The translations under genes and the position numbers were made by a program. The notes under the pieces were generated by a model that searched no databases, was not told where the DNA came from, and saw nothing but the letters and a program-made list of their open reading frames with translations. Below, piece by piece: positions 1 to 8,215 of a stretch of DNA of 10,237 nt. The stretch spans positions 1 through 10,237 of the forward strand of contig JBKJJJ010000086.1 of the NCBI GenBank assembly GCA_046598045.1. The letters run 5' to 3'. The DNA is from Candidatus Eiseniibacteriota bacterium (GTDB taxonomy: Bacteria > Eisenbacteria > RBG-16-71-46 > DASYSL01). How positions within the stretch are numbered: position 1 is the stretch's first letter; the number at the start of each line of letters is the position of its first letter.

Positions 1-2
1 CG

Positions 3-1619
3 CTCACCCTGATCGTGGGCGGCCGCGCCGCTGCCGACGCGGTCCGCGCGGGCGAGGCCCGCGCGCGCATCGAGGCCCCGTTCCACCTCGGGCCCGGCCC
101 CGCGCTCGAGCGCGCCACGGAGCTGCTCGCCGGGTGGGGGATCCCGTTCGCGGACGGCGAGTTGGTGCTGCGCCGCGAGATCGCGCGCGAGGGCCGGAGC
201 CGGGCGTGGATCAACCAGTCCCCGGTCACCGTCACCGCGCTCGCCGAGCTCGGCGCCGTCCTGCTCGACGTCCACGGCCAGCACGAGCACCAGAGCCTGC
301 TCGCCCCCGACCGCCAGCGCGACATGCTCGACCGCTGGGCCGATCTCGGCGACGCGCGCGCCTCGTGCGCCGCGCTCCACGATGCCTGGCGCGCCGCGCA
401 CGCCGCCCGCGAGGCGTTCGCCGCCGAGGCCGCCCGCGCCGCCGCCGAGAAGGACGGCTGGTCGTTCGCCCACGAGGAACTGACGCGCGCCGCGCTCCGG
501 CCGGGCGAGGACGAGGAACTCGCGGGCAGGCTCGCGCGCCTGCGCCACGCCGGCCGCCTGACGCAGGCGCTCGCCCGCGCCCGCGCGGGGCTCTCGGGCG
601 ACGAGTCCGCCGGGGCGCAATCGGGCGCGTTGGGCGGCGCCGCCGAGTCGGAGCGCGCCCTGCGCGAGGCCGCGGCGGTCGATCCCACGCTCACCGCGCT
701 CGCCGACGAGCTCGCCGCCGCGCGCGTCACCCTCTCGGAGGTCCTGCGCGCGGTCGACGCTGCACTCGATCCCGAGGCGCTCGACCCCGCCGAGGCGGAG
801 GCTGCCGAGGCGCGGCACGCGGCGCTCGAGCACCTGCTGCGCAAGCACCACCGCACGCTGCCCGAACTCGTCGCCTGGCGCGACGAGCTCGCTGCCCGAC
901 TCGCCCGCATCGCCGACCAGGAGGGCGAACGCGCGCGCCTCGCCGAGGCCGAGCGCACCGCGCGCGCCCTGCTCGACACCGCCGCGCGCACGCTCACGCG
1001 GATGCGCCGGGCCGCCGCGCGCAAGCTCGAGCCCGCGCTCGCGCAGGAGCTCGGCGTGCTCGGCCTCGCCCAGGCCAGCCTCACGATCGCGCTCGACCCG
1101 CTCGAGACACCCGGCCCCTCGGGCGCGGACCGGGTCGAGTTCCGGATCGCGCCGAACGCGGGCGAGGCGGCGCGCCCGCTCGCGAAGATCGCCTCGGGCG
1201 GCGAGCTCTCGCGCGTGATGCTCGCGCTCAAGACGCTGCTCGCGGCTCAGGACGGCGTCGACGCGCTGCTGTTCGACGAGGTCGACGCCGGCATCGGCGG
1301 GGCGGTGGCGCGCGCGGTCGGCGAGCGCCTCGCCGCGCTCGGCCGCGTGCGCCAGGTGTTGTGCGTGACGCACCTGCCGGTGATCGCGGCGCAGGCGGAC
1401 CGGCAATTCCGGATCACGAAGCTCGAGCGCGACGGCCGTACGAGCGCGCGCGTCGAGCGCGTCGAGGGAGAGGCGCGCATCGAGGAGCTGGCGCGCATGC
1501 TCGCGGGCGACGCCGCCTCGGGCACCACGCGCGCCCAGGCGAGGGAACTGCTCGCACTCCAGGAGCGTGTCGGGGCCCCGGCGCGCCCCGCCCGGCGCAC
1601 CGCGGGCAGTCGTAGCTAA
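3..1619 (+). CDS. recN: DNA repair protein RecN (5'-partial; true start lies upstream of the window)
   Basis: The frame is open from position 3 (LTLIVGGRA...). RecN motifs: GRSRAWIN, DVHGQHEHQSLL, a long Ala/Glu-rich coiled coil, ABC signature IASGGELSRVMLALK, Walker B LLFDEVDAGIGG, H-loop QVLCVTHLP and EELARMLAG. Walker A is not in the window, so GTG 15 is not the real start. Confidence 0.97.
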   Translation, partial: LTLIVGGRAAADAVRAGEARARIEAPFHLGPGPALERATELLAGWGIPFADGELVLRREIAREGRSRAWINQSPVTVTALAELGAVLLDVHGQHEHQSLLAPDRQRDMLDRWADLGDARASCAALHDAWRAAHAAREAFAAEAARAAAEKDGWSFAHEELTRAALRPGEDEELAGRLARLRHAGRLTQALARARAGLSGDESAGAQSGALGGAAESERALREAAAVDPTLTALADELAAARVTLSEVLRAVDAALDPEALDPAEAEAAEARHAALEHLLRKHHRTLPELVAWRDELAARLARIADQEGERARLAEAERTARALLDTAARTLTRMRRAAARKLEPALAQELGVLGLAQASLTIALDPLETPGPSGADRVEFRIAPNAGEAARPLAKIASGGELSRVMLALKTLLAAQDGVDALLFDEVDAGIGGAVARAVGERLAALGRVRQVLCVTHLPVIAAQADRQFRITKLERDGRTSARVERVEGEARIEELARMLAGDAASGTTRAQARELLALQERVGAPARPARRTAGSRS

Positions 1620-1623
1620 GCAA

Positions 1624-1659
1624 CACGGGGCCCCGATCCGGTGGGATCGGAGCCCCGCG
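1624..1659 (-). terminator. Intrinsic-terminator-like hairpin between convergent recN and the peptidase gene, best formed on the minus strand
   Basis: Arms 1626-1639 CGGGGCCCCGATCC and 1644-1657 GGATCGGAGCCCCG with a 4-nt loop, extendable to 1624/1659. Two C-A mismatches on + become G-U pairs on -, followed on - by a weak tail, TTGCTT. It lies 20 nt past the minus-strand stop at 1680. Confidence 0.7.
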
Positions 1660-1679
1660 ATCAGCCCTACCGAAGCGTT

Positions 1680-2501
1680 CTACGGGGCCCAGAGCACGAA
1701 GGTGACCACCTTGTGGCCGCCGCCGACTTCCCGCTCGAACTGATTCGGGCGTCCATTGGCGAACCCGACGGCCCGTCCCCACTGAGCCTGGTCTTCCGGA
1801 TCGAAGTCCGACACGTCCGCATTGGCACTCGCCGGGACGCCGGCTCCAATCGTGGTGAACGAGTCGAGGTGACCGTAGATCGTCACCAGCTGATCGTAAT
1901 CATGCTGGTTCGGCGTGCCCTGATTCGATGGGTCATTCGTGTAATCCATGCAGGTGCCCCGACCACAGGCATCGAGCAGTTTCGGATTGCTGAAGTTCTC
2001 GTCCTGGTGGGCGAGGCCGAAGCAGTGCCCGACCTCCTGCTCGCAGACGAAGGCGCGCCACGCCGGGGTGTTGTACTGCGGCTGGTTGAAGTAGTAGTCG
2101 TTCAACTTGACCGTGCCCTGCGTGATGTGGTCCCCGTTGACCGAGATCGTGGCGAGCCCGAGCCATCCGTTACCGCCATACGACGCATTGCAGGCCTGGA
2201 TCGTCCCGGTCACGCCACTGCACCGCTTCAGGTTCCCCGAGGACCCCGCCACGATCGTCGCGCGGACCGGATTCTGGGGGTTGTTGCAGGCGCCGGAGGT
2301 CACGCCCCAATCCCGGCCGGCTGCGACGAGGTAGGGACTCCAGAGCGAATTGAGGTTGTTCCCCATCTTGATCGTGAAGGGATTGGACGTGCGAGCCCAG
2401 TGGTAGTTGGCCCAGGCGTGGTTGGCGTGCGACGTGCCGGGGGCAAGCAACACCAGCCCGAGGACGGCGGGCAGGGCCAGCGTGCGAAAAATGCGATTCA
2501 T
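1680..2501 (-). CDS. Secreted metzincin-like (matrixin/M10-like) zinc-binding protein with variant QExxHxxGxxH motif, 273 aa
   Basis: ATG at 2501 with GGAGA 6 nt upstream. Signal peptide MNRIFRTLALPAVLGLVLLAPGTSHA. GWLGLA strand, zinc motif QEVGHCFGLAH (2039-2007) and Met-turn-like TCMDY (Met at 1949-1947). The longer ORF start at 2690 adds 63 non-protein-like residues ahead of the signal peptide. Confidence 0.85.
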   Translation of the reverse strand: MNRIFRTLALPAVLGLVLLAPGTSHANHAWANYHWARTSNPFTIKMGNNLNSLWSPYLVAAGRDWGVTSGACNNPQNPVRATIVAGSSGNLKRCSGVTGTIQACNASYGGNGWLGLATISVNGDHITQGTVKLNDYYFNQPQYNTPAWRAFVCEQEVGHCFGLAHQDENFSNPKLLDACGRGTCMDYTNDPSNQGTPNQHDYDQLVTIYGHLDSFTTIGAGVPASANADVSDFDPEDQAQWGRAVGFANGRPNQFEREVGGGHKVVTFVLWAP

Positions 2502-2681
2502 GGGGGATCTCCGTTTGTTGTTTGTTCTGCCTGCGAACACCACGTGTTCGCCGAGGCTGCCGGGGCCCGCGCAGGGCTGGAGAATCGTTCCAGGAACGGG
2601 ACCATTCCGGCCCCGGCAGTGCGCGACTTCGGGAAAGGGTCCCACTCCATAACATATCCTTAACCTGCACGCGCGCACGAT

Positions 2682-2690
2682 TGCTACCAT
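2682..2690 (+). promoter_or_regulatory. Candidate extended -10 element (TGcTACCAT) for the dioxygenase gene
   Basis: Resembles TGnTATAAT, within an AT-enriched patch of the divergent intergenic region, about 80 nt upstream of TTG 2773. No convincing -35. Confidence 0.3.
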
Positions 2691-2772
2691 GTCACGCGGC
2701 GGCCGGCAAGGGTTTTCCCGACGCCTGCTCCGAGGCCTTTCTCACAGGACGGCACGCTGCGGGGGAGCCGAA

Positions 2773-3552
2773 TTGAGTCTACCAAGCGTCTTCATTTCGC
2801 ACGGCGCGCCGTCGCTTGCGCTCGAGCCCGACGACCCGACGCACGTGTTCCTTTCGGGGTTGGGCGTCACGCTCGGCAGGCCGCGCGCGATCGTCTGCGT
2901 GTCCGCGCACTGGGAGGCCCCGCGCCCGTCGGTGACCGGGGCGATGGCCCCGGTGACGATCCACGACTTCTACGGCTTCCCCGAGCCGCTCTACGCGATC
3001 CGCTACCCGGCGCCGGGCGACCCGGCGCTGGCCGCGCAGGTGCTCTCCCTGCTCTCGAGCGCGGGGCTCGACACCGCACTCGACGACAAGCGCGGCTTCG
3101 ACCACGGCATGTGGGTGCCGCTCTCGCTCATGTACCCGGGCGCGGACGTGCCCGTGCTCCAGCTCTCGGTCCAGAGCGGGCTGGGGGCGGCGCACCACGC
3201 CGCGCTCGGAGCGGCGCTCGCGCCGTTGCGCAATGAGGGCGTGCTGATCCTGGGGAGCGGGGGAGCGACGCACGACCTGAGGCGGGTCGCCCGGGGCGGC
3301 AGCGCGGTGCCGTCCGACGTGCGCTGGTTCGAGGAGTGGCTGGTCGAGGGCGTGACCGAGGGCGAGACCACGGAGCTGATCGAGTGGCGGACGCACGCGC
3401 CCTACCCGGCTGCCAACCACCCCACGCCCGAGCACTTCCTGCCGCTGTTCGTGCCGCTCGGCGCAGCGCCCGAGGGGACGAAGGGCCGCGTCCTTCACCG
3501 CGCGTTCGCTTACGGCGCGCTGTCGATGGCGGCGTTCGCCTGGGACGATTGA
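2773..3552 (+). CDS. DODA-type (4,5-DOPA dioxygenase/YgiD-like) extradiol ring-cleavage dioxygenase, LigB superfamily, 259 aa
   Basis: TTG start at 2773 with GGGGAG 5 nt upstream gives MSLPSVFISHGAP. Family motifs: SHGAP, VSAHW, IHDFYGFP, RGFDHGMWVPL, GSGGATHDL, HPTPEHFLPL. Confidence 0.92.
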   Translation: MSLPSVFISHGAPSLALEPDDPTHVFLSGLGVTLGRPRAIVCVSAHWEAPRPSVTGAMAPVTIHDFYGFPEPLYAIRYPAPGDPALAAQVLSLLSSAGLDTALDDKRGFDHGMWVPLSLMYPGADVPVLQLSVQSGLGAAHHAALGAALAPLRNEGVLILGSGGATHDLRRVARGGSAVPSDVRWFEEWLVEGVTEGETTELIEWRTHAPYPAANHPTPEHFLPLFVPLGAAPEGTKGRVLHRAFAYGALSMAAFAWDD

Positions 3553-3597
3553 GCGACCGCGGGCGCGGCCCGAAAATCCGTTTCCTTCCATGACTTA

Positions 3598-3617
3598 GCG
3601 GTGGCACAATCCACCGC
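3598..3617. promoter_or_regulatory. Inverted repeat GCGGTGG-N6-CCACCGC flanking a -10-like CACAAT just upstream of trpE
   Basis: Perfect 7-bp arms at 3598-3604 and 3611-3617. The spacer CACAAT is preceded by TGg. It ends 3 nt before the trpE ATG. Confidence 0.35.
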
Positions 3618-3620
3618 AAC

Positions 3621-5105
3621 ATGGTCCATCCCGCCTTCGACGAGTTCGTCCGCCTGAGCGCCGCCGGCCTCGCCGTGCCGGTCTATCGCGAGATTTTTGC
3701 GGATTTCGACACCCCCGTCTCCGCCTTCAGCAAGATCGACGACGGCAAGTCCGCATTCCTGCTCGAATCGGTCGAGGGCGGGGAGCAATGGGGGCGCTAT
3801 TCGTTTCTCGGCTCGCGGCCCCAGGCGGTGTTCCGCGCGCACGGGGGCAAGCTCACGCTCGAGCAGGACGGCCGGGTCGAGACGCTCCCGGGGACCGACC
3901 CCTTCGCCGCGCTCGACACGCTGCTCGCGGCCCGCCGCGCGGTCGACCTGCCCGGCCTGCCGCGCTTCGCGGGCGGGGCGGTCGGCTTCTTCGCCTACGA
4001 CGCGGTGCGGCAGATCGAGCGCTTGCCGGCCACGCTCGAGGCCGACCTCGACGTGCCGGACGCGGTCTTCCATTTCACCGACGTCCACGTGATCTTCGAC
4101 AGCCACCGCCACATCATGCAGGTGGTGACGCACGCGCGCCCCGGCAAGGACCCGCGCCGCGCGTACGAGGACGCGGTGGCGCGCATCGGCGCCGAGATCG
4201 GCCGCCTCACCGGACCTCCGGTGCGCCCCGCGCGCGCGGGCGCCGCCGAGCCGGTGGTGTCGACGCCCGAGAGCACGATGACGCGCGCGCGCTTCCTCGC
4301 CGCGGTCGAGACCGCCAAGGAGTACATCAAGGCGGGCGACATCTTCCAGGTCGTGCTCTCGCACCGGCTGTCAGCCGACACCTTGATCCCGGCGTTCGAC
4401 GCCTACCGCGCGCTGCGCGTGGTCAACCCGTCGCCCTACATGTACTTCCTGAGGCTCGGCGAGCACGCGCTCGTGGGATCCTCGCCCGAGGTGCTGGTGC
4501 GGCGCGAGGGCGACCGCGTCGACGTGCGGCCGATCGCCGGCACGCGGCCGCGCGGCGCGACGCCCGAGGTGGACCGAAAGCTCGAGGCCGAGCTCCGGGC
4601 GGACGAGAAGGAGCGCGCGGAGCACATCATGCTGGTGGACCTCGGGCGCAACGACGTCGGCCGCGTGGCGCGCTTCGGCACGGTCGAGACCACCGAATTG
4701 CTCACGGTCGAGCGCTATTCGCGCGTGATGCACCTGGTGTCGCACGTCGTCGGCCGCCTGCCCGAGGGCACGCGCTCGATCGACGTGGTCAAGGCGTGCT
4801 TCCCCGCGGGCACGGTCAGCGGCTCGCCCAAGATCCGGGCGATGGAGATCATCGAGGAACTCGAGGCTCACCGGCGCGGCCTGTACGCAGGCGCGGTCGG
4901 CTACTTCGACCTCCACGGCAACGCCGACCTGTGCATCGCGATCCGTACGCTGCTGTTTCATGCCGGCAAGGCGCATCTCGGGGTCGGGGCGGGCATCGTC
5001 GCCGACTCCGACCCGGCGCGCGAATACGAAGAGACGCTCGACAAGGGCAAGGCGCTGCTCGAGGCGCTGGAGCGCGCGGAACGCGGACTGGAGTACGTGC
5101 CATGA
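3621..5105 (+). CDS. trpE: Anthranilate synthase component I
   Basis: Motifs [89 protein letters not shown]. First gene of a trp cluster. Confidence 0.97.
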   Translation: MVHPAFDEFVRLSAAGLAVPVYREIFADFDTPVSAFSKIDDGKSAFLLESVEGGEQWGRYSFLGSRPQAVFRAHGGKLTLEQDGRVETLPGTDPFAALDTLLAARRAVDLPGLPRFAGGAVGFFAYDAVRQIERLPATLEADLDVPDAVFHFTDVHVIFDSHRHIMQVVTHARPGKDPRRAYEDAVARIGAEIGRLTGPPVRPARAGAAEPVVSTPESTMTRARFLAAVETAKEYIKAGDIFQVVLSHRLSADTLIPAFDAYRALRVVNPSPYMYFLRLGEHALVGSSPEVLVRREGDRVDVRPIAGTRPRGATPEVDRKLEAELRADEKERAEHIMLVDLGRNDVGRVARFGTVETTELLTVERYSRVMHLVSHVVGRLPEGTRSIDVVKACFPAGTVSGSPKIRAMEIIEELEAHRRGLYAGAVGYFDLHGNADLCIAIRTLLFHAGKAHLGVGAGIVADSDPAREYEETLDKGKALLEALERAERGLEYVP

Positions 5106-5698
5106 TCGCGGTCATCGATAACTACGACTCGTTCACCTACAACCTCGTGCAGTACCTGGGCCAGCTCGGCGGCGAACCGCGCGTCTTCCGCAACGACGCC
5201 ATCACCGCCTCCGAACTCGCGGCGCTCGGCGCGCAGGGGCTCGTGATCTCGCCGGGGCCCAGGACGCCGAACGAGGCCGGCATCTCGAACGCGGCGATCC
5301 TCGCCCTGACGGGCAAGCTCCCGATCCTCGGCGTGTGCCTCGGGCACCAGTGCCTCGCGGCCGCGCTCGGCGGCGAGGTCGTGCGCGCGGGCCGGATCAT
5401 GCACGGCAAGACCTCGCCCATCATTCACCAGGGGCGCGGGCTGTTCGCCGGACTGTCGAACCCGTTCCTCGCCACGCGCTACCACTCGCTGATCGTGCGC
5501 AAGGAGTCGCTGCCCGAGTCGCTCGAGATCGTGGCGTGGACGCCGGAGGGAGAGATCATGGGGCTCAAGCACCGCCAGCACGAGACCTGGGGGGTGCAGT
5601 TCCACCCCGAGAGCATCCTGACCGACGAGGGCCTCGCGCTGGTCGCGAACTTCCTCACGTTGTGCGGCGTCAAGCCCGCCCGGGCGGAGGCGCGATGA
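5102..5698 (+). CDS. trpG: Anthranilate synthase component II (glutamine amidotransferase), 198 aa
   Basis: ATGA overlap with the trpE stop. Motifs [40 protein letters not shown] (Cys-His-Glu triad). Confidence 0.97.
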   Translation: MIAVIDNYDSFTYNLVQYLGQLGGEPRVFRNDAITASELAALGAQGLVISPGPRTPNEAGISNAAILALTGKLPILGVCLGHQCLAAALGGEVVRAGRIMHGKTSPIIHQGRGLFAGLSNPFLATRYHSLIVRKESLPESLEIVAWTPEGEIMGLKHRQHETWGVQFHPESILTDEGLALVANFLTLCGVKPARAEAR

Positions 5699-6714
5699 TC
5701 CGCGAGGTCCTGCCGCGCGTGCTTGCGGGCGAGACGCTGAGCGAGGCCGATGCCGCGGCCGTGATGCAGGACGTGCTCGCGGGCGCGGCCACGTCGGCGC
5801 AGATCGCGGGCTTTGCGGTCGCGCTGCGCATGCGGGGCGAGACCGTCGACGAGGTCACCGGTCTCGCGCGCGCGATGTGCCAGGCGCTCCAGCCGTTCCC
5901 CTCGGTGCCGCGGCCATTGCTCGACACCTGCGGCACCGGCGGCGACGACTCGGGCACGTTCAACGTCTCGACCGCGATCGCGTTCGTCGCCGCGGCGGCG
6001 GGGGCGCACGTCGCGAAGCACGGCAATCGCGCGGTCAGCTCGCGCGCCGGCAGCGCCGACGTGCTCGAGGCGCTCGGCGCGTCGGTCGACCAGACGCCCG
6101 CCGAGGCGGCGCGCACGATCCAGGACGTGGGCGTGGCTTTCCTGTTCGCGCCCGCCTACCACTGGGCGTTCAAGAACGCGGCGGAGCCGCGCCGCGATCT
6201 CGGCGTGCGCACGGTGTTCAACGTGCTGGGCCCGATCTGCAATCCCGCCGGCGCCGAGCGCCAGCTCGTCGGCGTGTATGACGGGGCCTGGGTGCCGCGC
6301 CTCGCGCAGGTGCTCCAGCGCCTGGGCGCCGAGCGCGCCTGGGTCGTGCACTCCGAGGACGGCCTCGACGAGCTCTCGGTGTTCGGCCCGACCCGCGTGG
6401 CCCGCTTCGAGGACGGCAAGATCAGCGAGGAGACCATCGATGCGCGCACATTCGGCCTCGCGCATCCTGAGTCCGACCGCCCGTCCGTTCAGGGCGGCGA
6501 CGCGAAGGAGAACGCCCGCCTGCTCGAAGCCGCGCTCTCGGCCGTGCCGGGAGCGGGGCACGACCTCGTGGTGCTCAACGCCGGGGCCGCGCTCGCGGCG
6601 GGGGGGCTCGTGCCCTCGCTCGAGGCCGGAATCGAACGCGCCCGGAGCCTGGTCGACGAGGGCAAGGCGCTCGAGAAGCTTCAGCAATTCCTGCGGGTTA
6701 CCCGCCGCCGTTAA
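5695..6714 (+). CDS. trpD: Anthranilate phosphoribosyltransferase, 339 aa
   Basis: ATGA overlap with the trpG stop, with GGAGG upstream. Motifs [52 protein letters not shown]. Confidence 0.97.
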   Translation: MIREVLPRVLAGETLSEADAAAVMQDVLAGAATSAQIAGFAVALRMRGETVDEVTGLARAMCQALQPFPSVPRPLLDTCGTGGDDSGTFNVSTAIAFVAAAAGAHVAKHGNRAVSSRAGSADVLEALGASVDQTPAEAARTIQDVGVAFLFAPAYHWAFKNAAEPRRDLGVRTVFNVLGPICNPAGAERQLVGVYDGAWVPRLAQVLQRLGAERAWVVHSEDGLDELSVFGPTRVARFEDGKISEETIDARTFGLAHPESDRPSVQGGDAKENARLLEAALSAVPGAGHDLVVLNAGAALAAGGLVPSLEAGIERARSLVDEGKALEKLQQFLRVTRRR

Positions 6715-6725
6715 GGCGACTTCTC

Positions 6726-7553
6726 ATGCCCGCCACCATCCTCGCCGAAATTGCCGAGCGCCGCCGGGCGGCGATTCGGGAGCGCAAGCGGGACCTCGCC
6801 GACCACCTGCCGCCGCGCCCCCCGGAGTTCGGCCCCGCCCGGGCGGGCACGTTCCGGCGCGCGCTCGCGCGCTCGGGCGCCCGCACCCCGCTCCGGCTCC
6901 TGTGCGAGCTCAAGAAGGCGTCGCCCTCGAAGGGCCTCCTGCGCGCGGACTTCGACATCGAGGCGCTCGCGCACGCCTACCAGCGCGGCGGCGCCGCCGC
7001 GCTCTCGGTGCTCACCGAACCGCACTACTTCCAGGGCGACCCCTCGTTCCTCACTCGCGCGCGCGCGGCGTCCGGGCTGCCCTGCCTGCTCAAGGACTTC
7101 GTGATCGACCCATGGCAGCTCGAGGAAGCGGTCTCGCTCGGGGCGGACGCCGTGCTGCTGATCGTCGCGCTGCTTCCGCTCGAGCGGCTGGAGGCGCTCG
7201 TGCGCCAGGCGAACGCGCGCGGGCTCGACGCGCTGGTCGAGGTCCACACCGAGGCCGAGCTCGACCTCGCGCTCGAAGCCGGCAGCGACCTGATCGGCAT
7301 CAACAACCGCGATCTCGCGACGTTCGATGTCGACCCGGGCGTCACGCTCGCGCTCCGGCCACGCGTGCCCGCCGGGATCCCGGTGGTCTCCGAGAGCGGG
7401 ATCGCGACCGCCGCGGACATCGCGCGCCTGACCCACGCGAACGTCGACGCCGCGCTCATCGGCGAGGCGTTCATGCGCCAGGAAGACGTCGCGCTGGCCG
7501 TGCGCACGCTCGCCGATGCGGCACGCGCATCCGCCGCGGACGCACCCGCTTGA
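6726..7553 (+). CDS. trpC: Indole-3-glycerol phosphate synthase
   Basis: Motifs ELKKASPSKG, ALSVLTEPHYFQG, LKDFVID, GADAVLLI, LVEVH, GINNRDL, SESGI, LIGEAFM. Confidence 0.97.
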   Translation: MPATILAEIAERRRAAIRERKRDLADHLPPRPPEFGPARAGTFRRALARSGARTPLRLLCELKKASPSKGLLRADFDIEALAHAYQRGGAAALSVLTEPHYFQGDPSFLTRARAASGLPCLLKDFVIDPWQLEEAVSLGADAVLLIVALLPLERLEALVRQANARGLDALVEVHTEAELDLALEAGSDLIGINNRDLATFDVDPGVTLALRPRVPAGIPVVSESGIATAADIARLTHANVDAALIGEAFMRQEDVALAVRTLADAARASAADAPA

Positions 7554-8215
7554 GCGTTGCCGTCGGCGTCAAGATCTGCGGCCTGACCCGGCTCGCCGAT
7601 GCGCTCGCCGCCCTCGACGCCGGCGCCGACGCGCTCGGCTTCGTGCTCGCTCCGAGCGCGCCGCGCCGGCTCGCGCCCGAAGCCGCGCGCGCGTTGCTCG
7701 CGCAGGTGCGGGCCGGCGCGCCGCGATCGTTCGAGGCGGTCGCCGTGCTGGGCGCGTATGATGCGGGCCAGGCGCGCTCCGCGTTGACCGACCTCGGGTT
7801 CGATCGCGCCCAGCTCGTGGGCGACGAAGCCGCGCCGCAGGCCGCGCTCACGGCCGCGCTCGCCGCCCTCGGCCCGCTCGCAGCGCGCGCCTGGGGCGCG
7901 ATCCGGGTCCAGGGCGCGGCGAGCCTGGAGGGAATCGACGATGCGCCGTGCGAGGCGTTCGTGCTCGACGCCTTCACGAAGGGCGCGCTCGGCGGCACCG
8001 GGCATGCATTCGACTGGGCGCTTGCCGCACCACTCGCCGCGCGCCGGCGCGTCGTGCTCGCGGGCGGGTTGACGGCGGACAACGTGGCGGAAGCGATTCG
8101 CGTCGTGCGCCCCTGGCGCGTCGACGTGGCGAGCGGGGTGGAGGACGCGCCCGGCATCAAGAACGCGGAGAAGATCCGCGCCTTCGTGGAGGCGGCACGG
8201 CATGGCGGCACCTGA
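7550..8215 (+). CDS. trpF: Phosphoribosylanthranilate isomerase, about 221 aa
   Basis: TTGA overlap with the trpC stop (TTG start inferred). Motifs VKICGLT (catalytic Cys), [13 protein letters not shown] (catalytic Asp), [27 protein letters not shown]. Confidence 0.93.
   Translation: MSVAVGVKICGLTRLADALAALDAGADALGFVLAPSAPRRLAPEAARALLAQVRAGAPRSFEAVAVLGAYDAGQARSALTDLGFDRAQLVGDEAAPQAALTAALAALGPLAARAWGAIRVQGAASLEGIDDAPCEAFVLDAFTKGALGGTGHAFDWALAAPLAARRRVVLAGGLTADNVAEAIRVVRPWRVDVASGVEDAPGIKNAEKIRAFVEAARHGGT

Noticed and set aside
134..1615. 493-aa alternative-frame ORF over recN, and the other long Arg/Pro/Ala-rich overlapping or antisense ORFs (e.g. 5479-6687, 7025-8203, 8157-9902)
   Set aside because: Shadow ORFs expected in very GC-rich DNA with few stop codons. 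They have no recognisable motifs and overlap genes with clear family signatures.
2598..2612. Minus-strand GGCCGGAATGGTCCC resembles the 5' end of the HDV genomic ribozyme
   Set aside because: There is no downstream GGGAC partner for P2 and no convincing P1/P1.1/P3 arrangement, so it is treated as coincidence.
1641..2663. 340-aa plus-strand ORF antisense to the peptidase
   Set aside because: Its start lies inside the terminator hairpin. The minus-strand gene has the RBS, signal peptide and zinc motif.
3590..3598. Mini-ORF ATG ACT TAG upstream of trpE as a possible leader peptide
   Set aside because: It has no Trp codons and no terminator/antiterminator pair.
3602..3617. TGGCAC as a sigma-54 -24 element
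   Set aside because: The GC is one base off the required GG-N10-GC spacing, TTGC is absent, and the start site would fall inside trpE.
4801..4845. TrpE has TVSGSPK rather than the common TVSGAPK
   Set aside because: Conservative Ala-to-Ser change with all other motifs intact; no evidence of altered function.
3788..8215. Apparent fusions or long N-terminal extensions of TrpG (636 aa), TrpD (459 aa) and TrpF (800 aa) in the ORF track
   Set aside because: The extensions are off-frame readings of the upstream genes. The real starts are the stop-overlapping ATG/TTG at 5102, 5695 and 7550.
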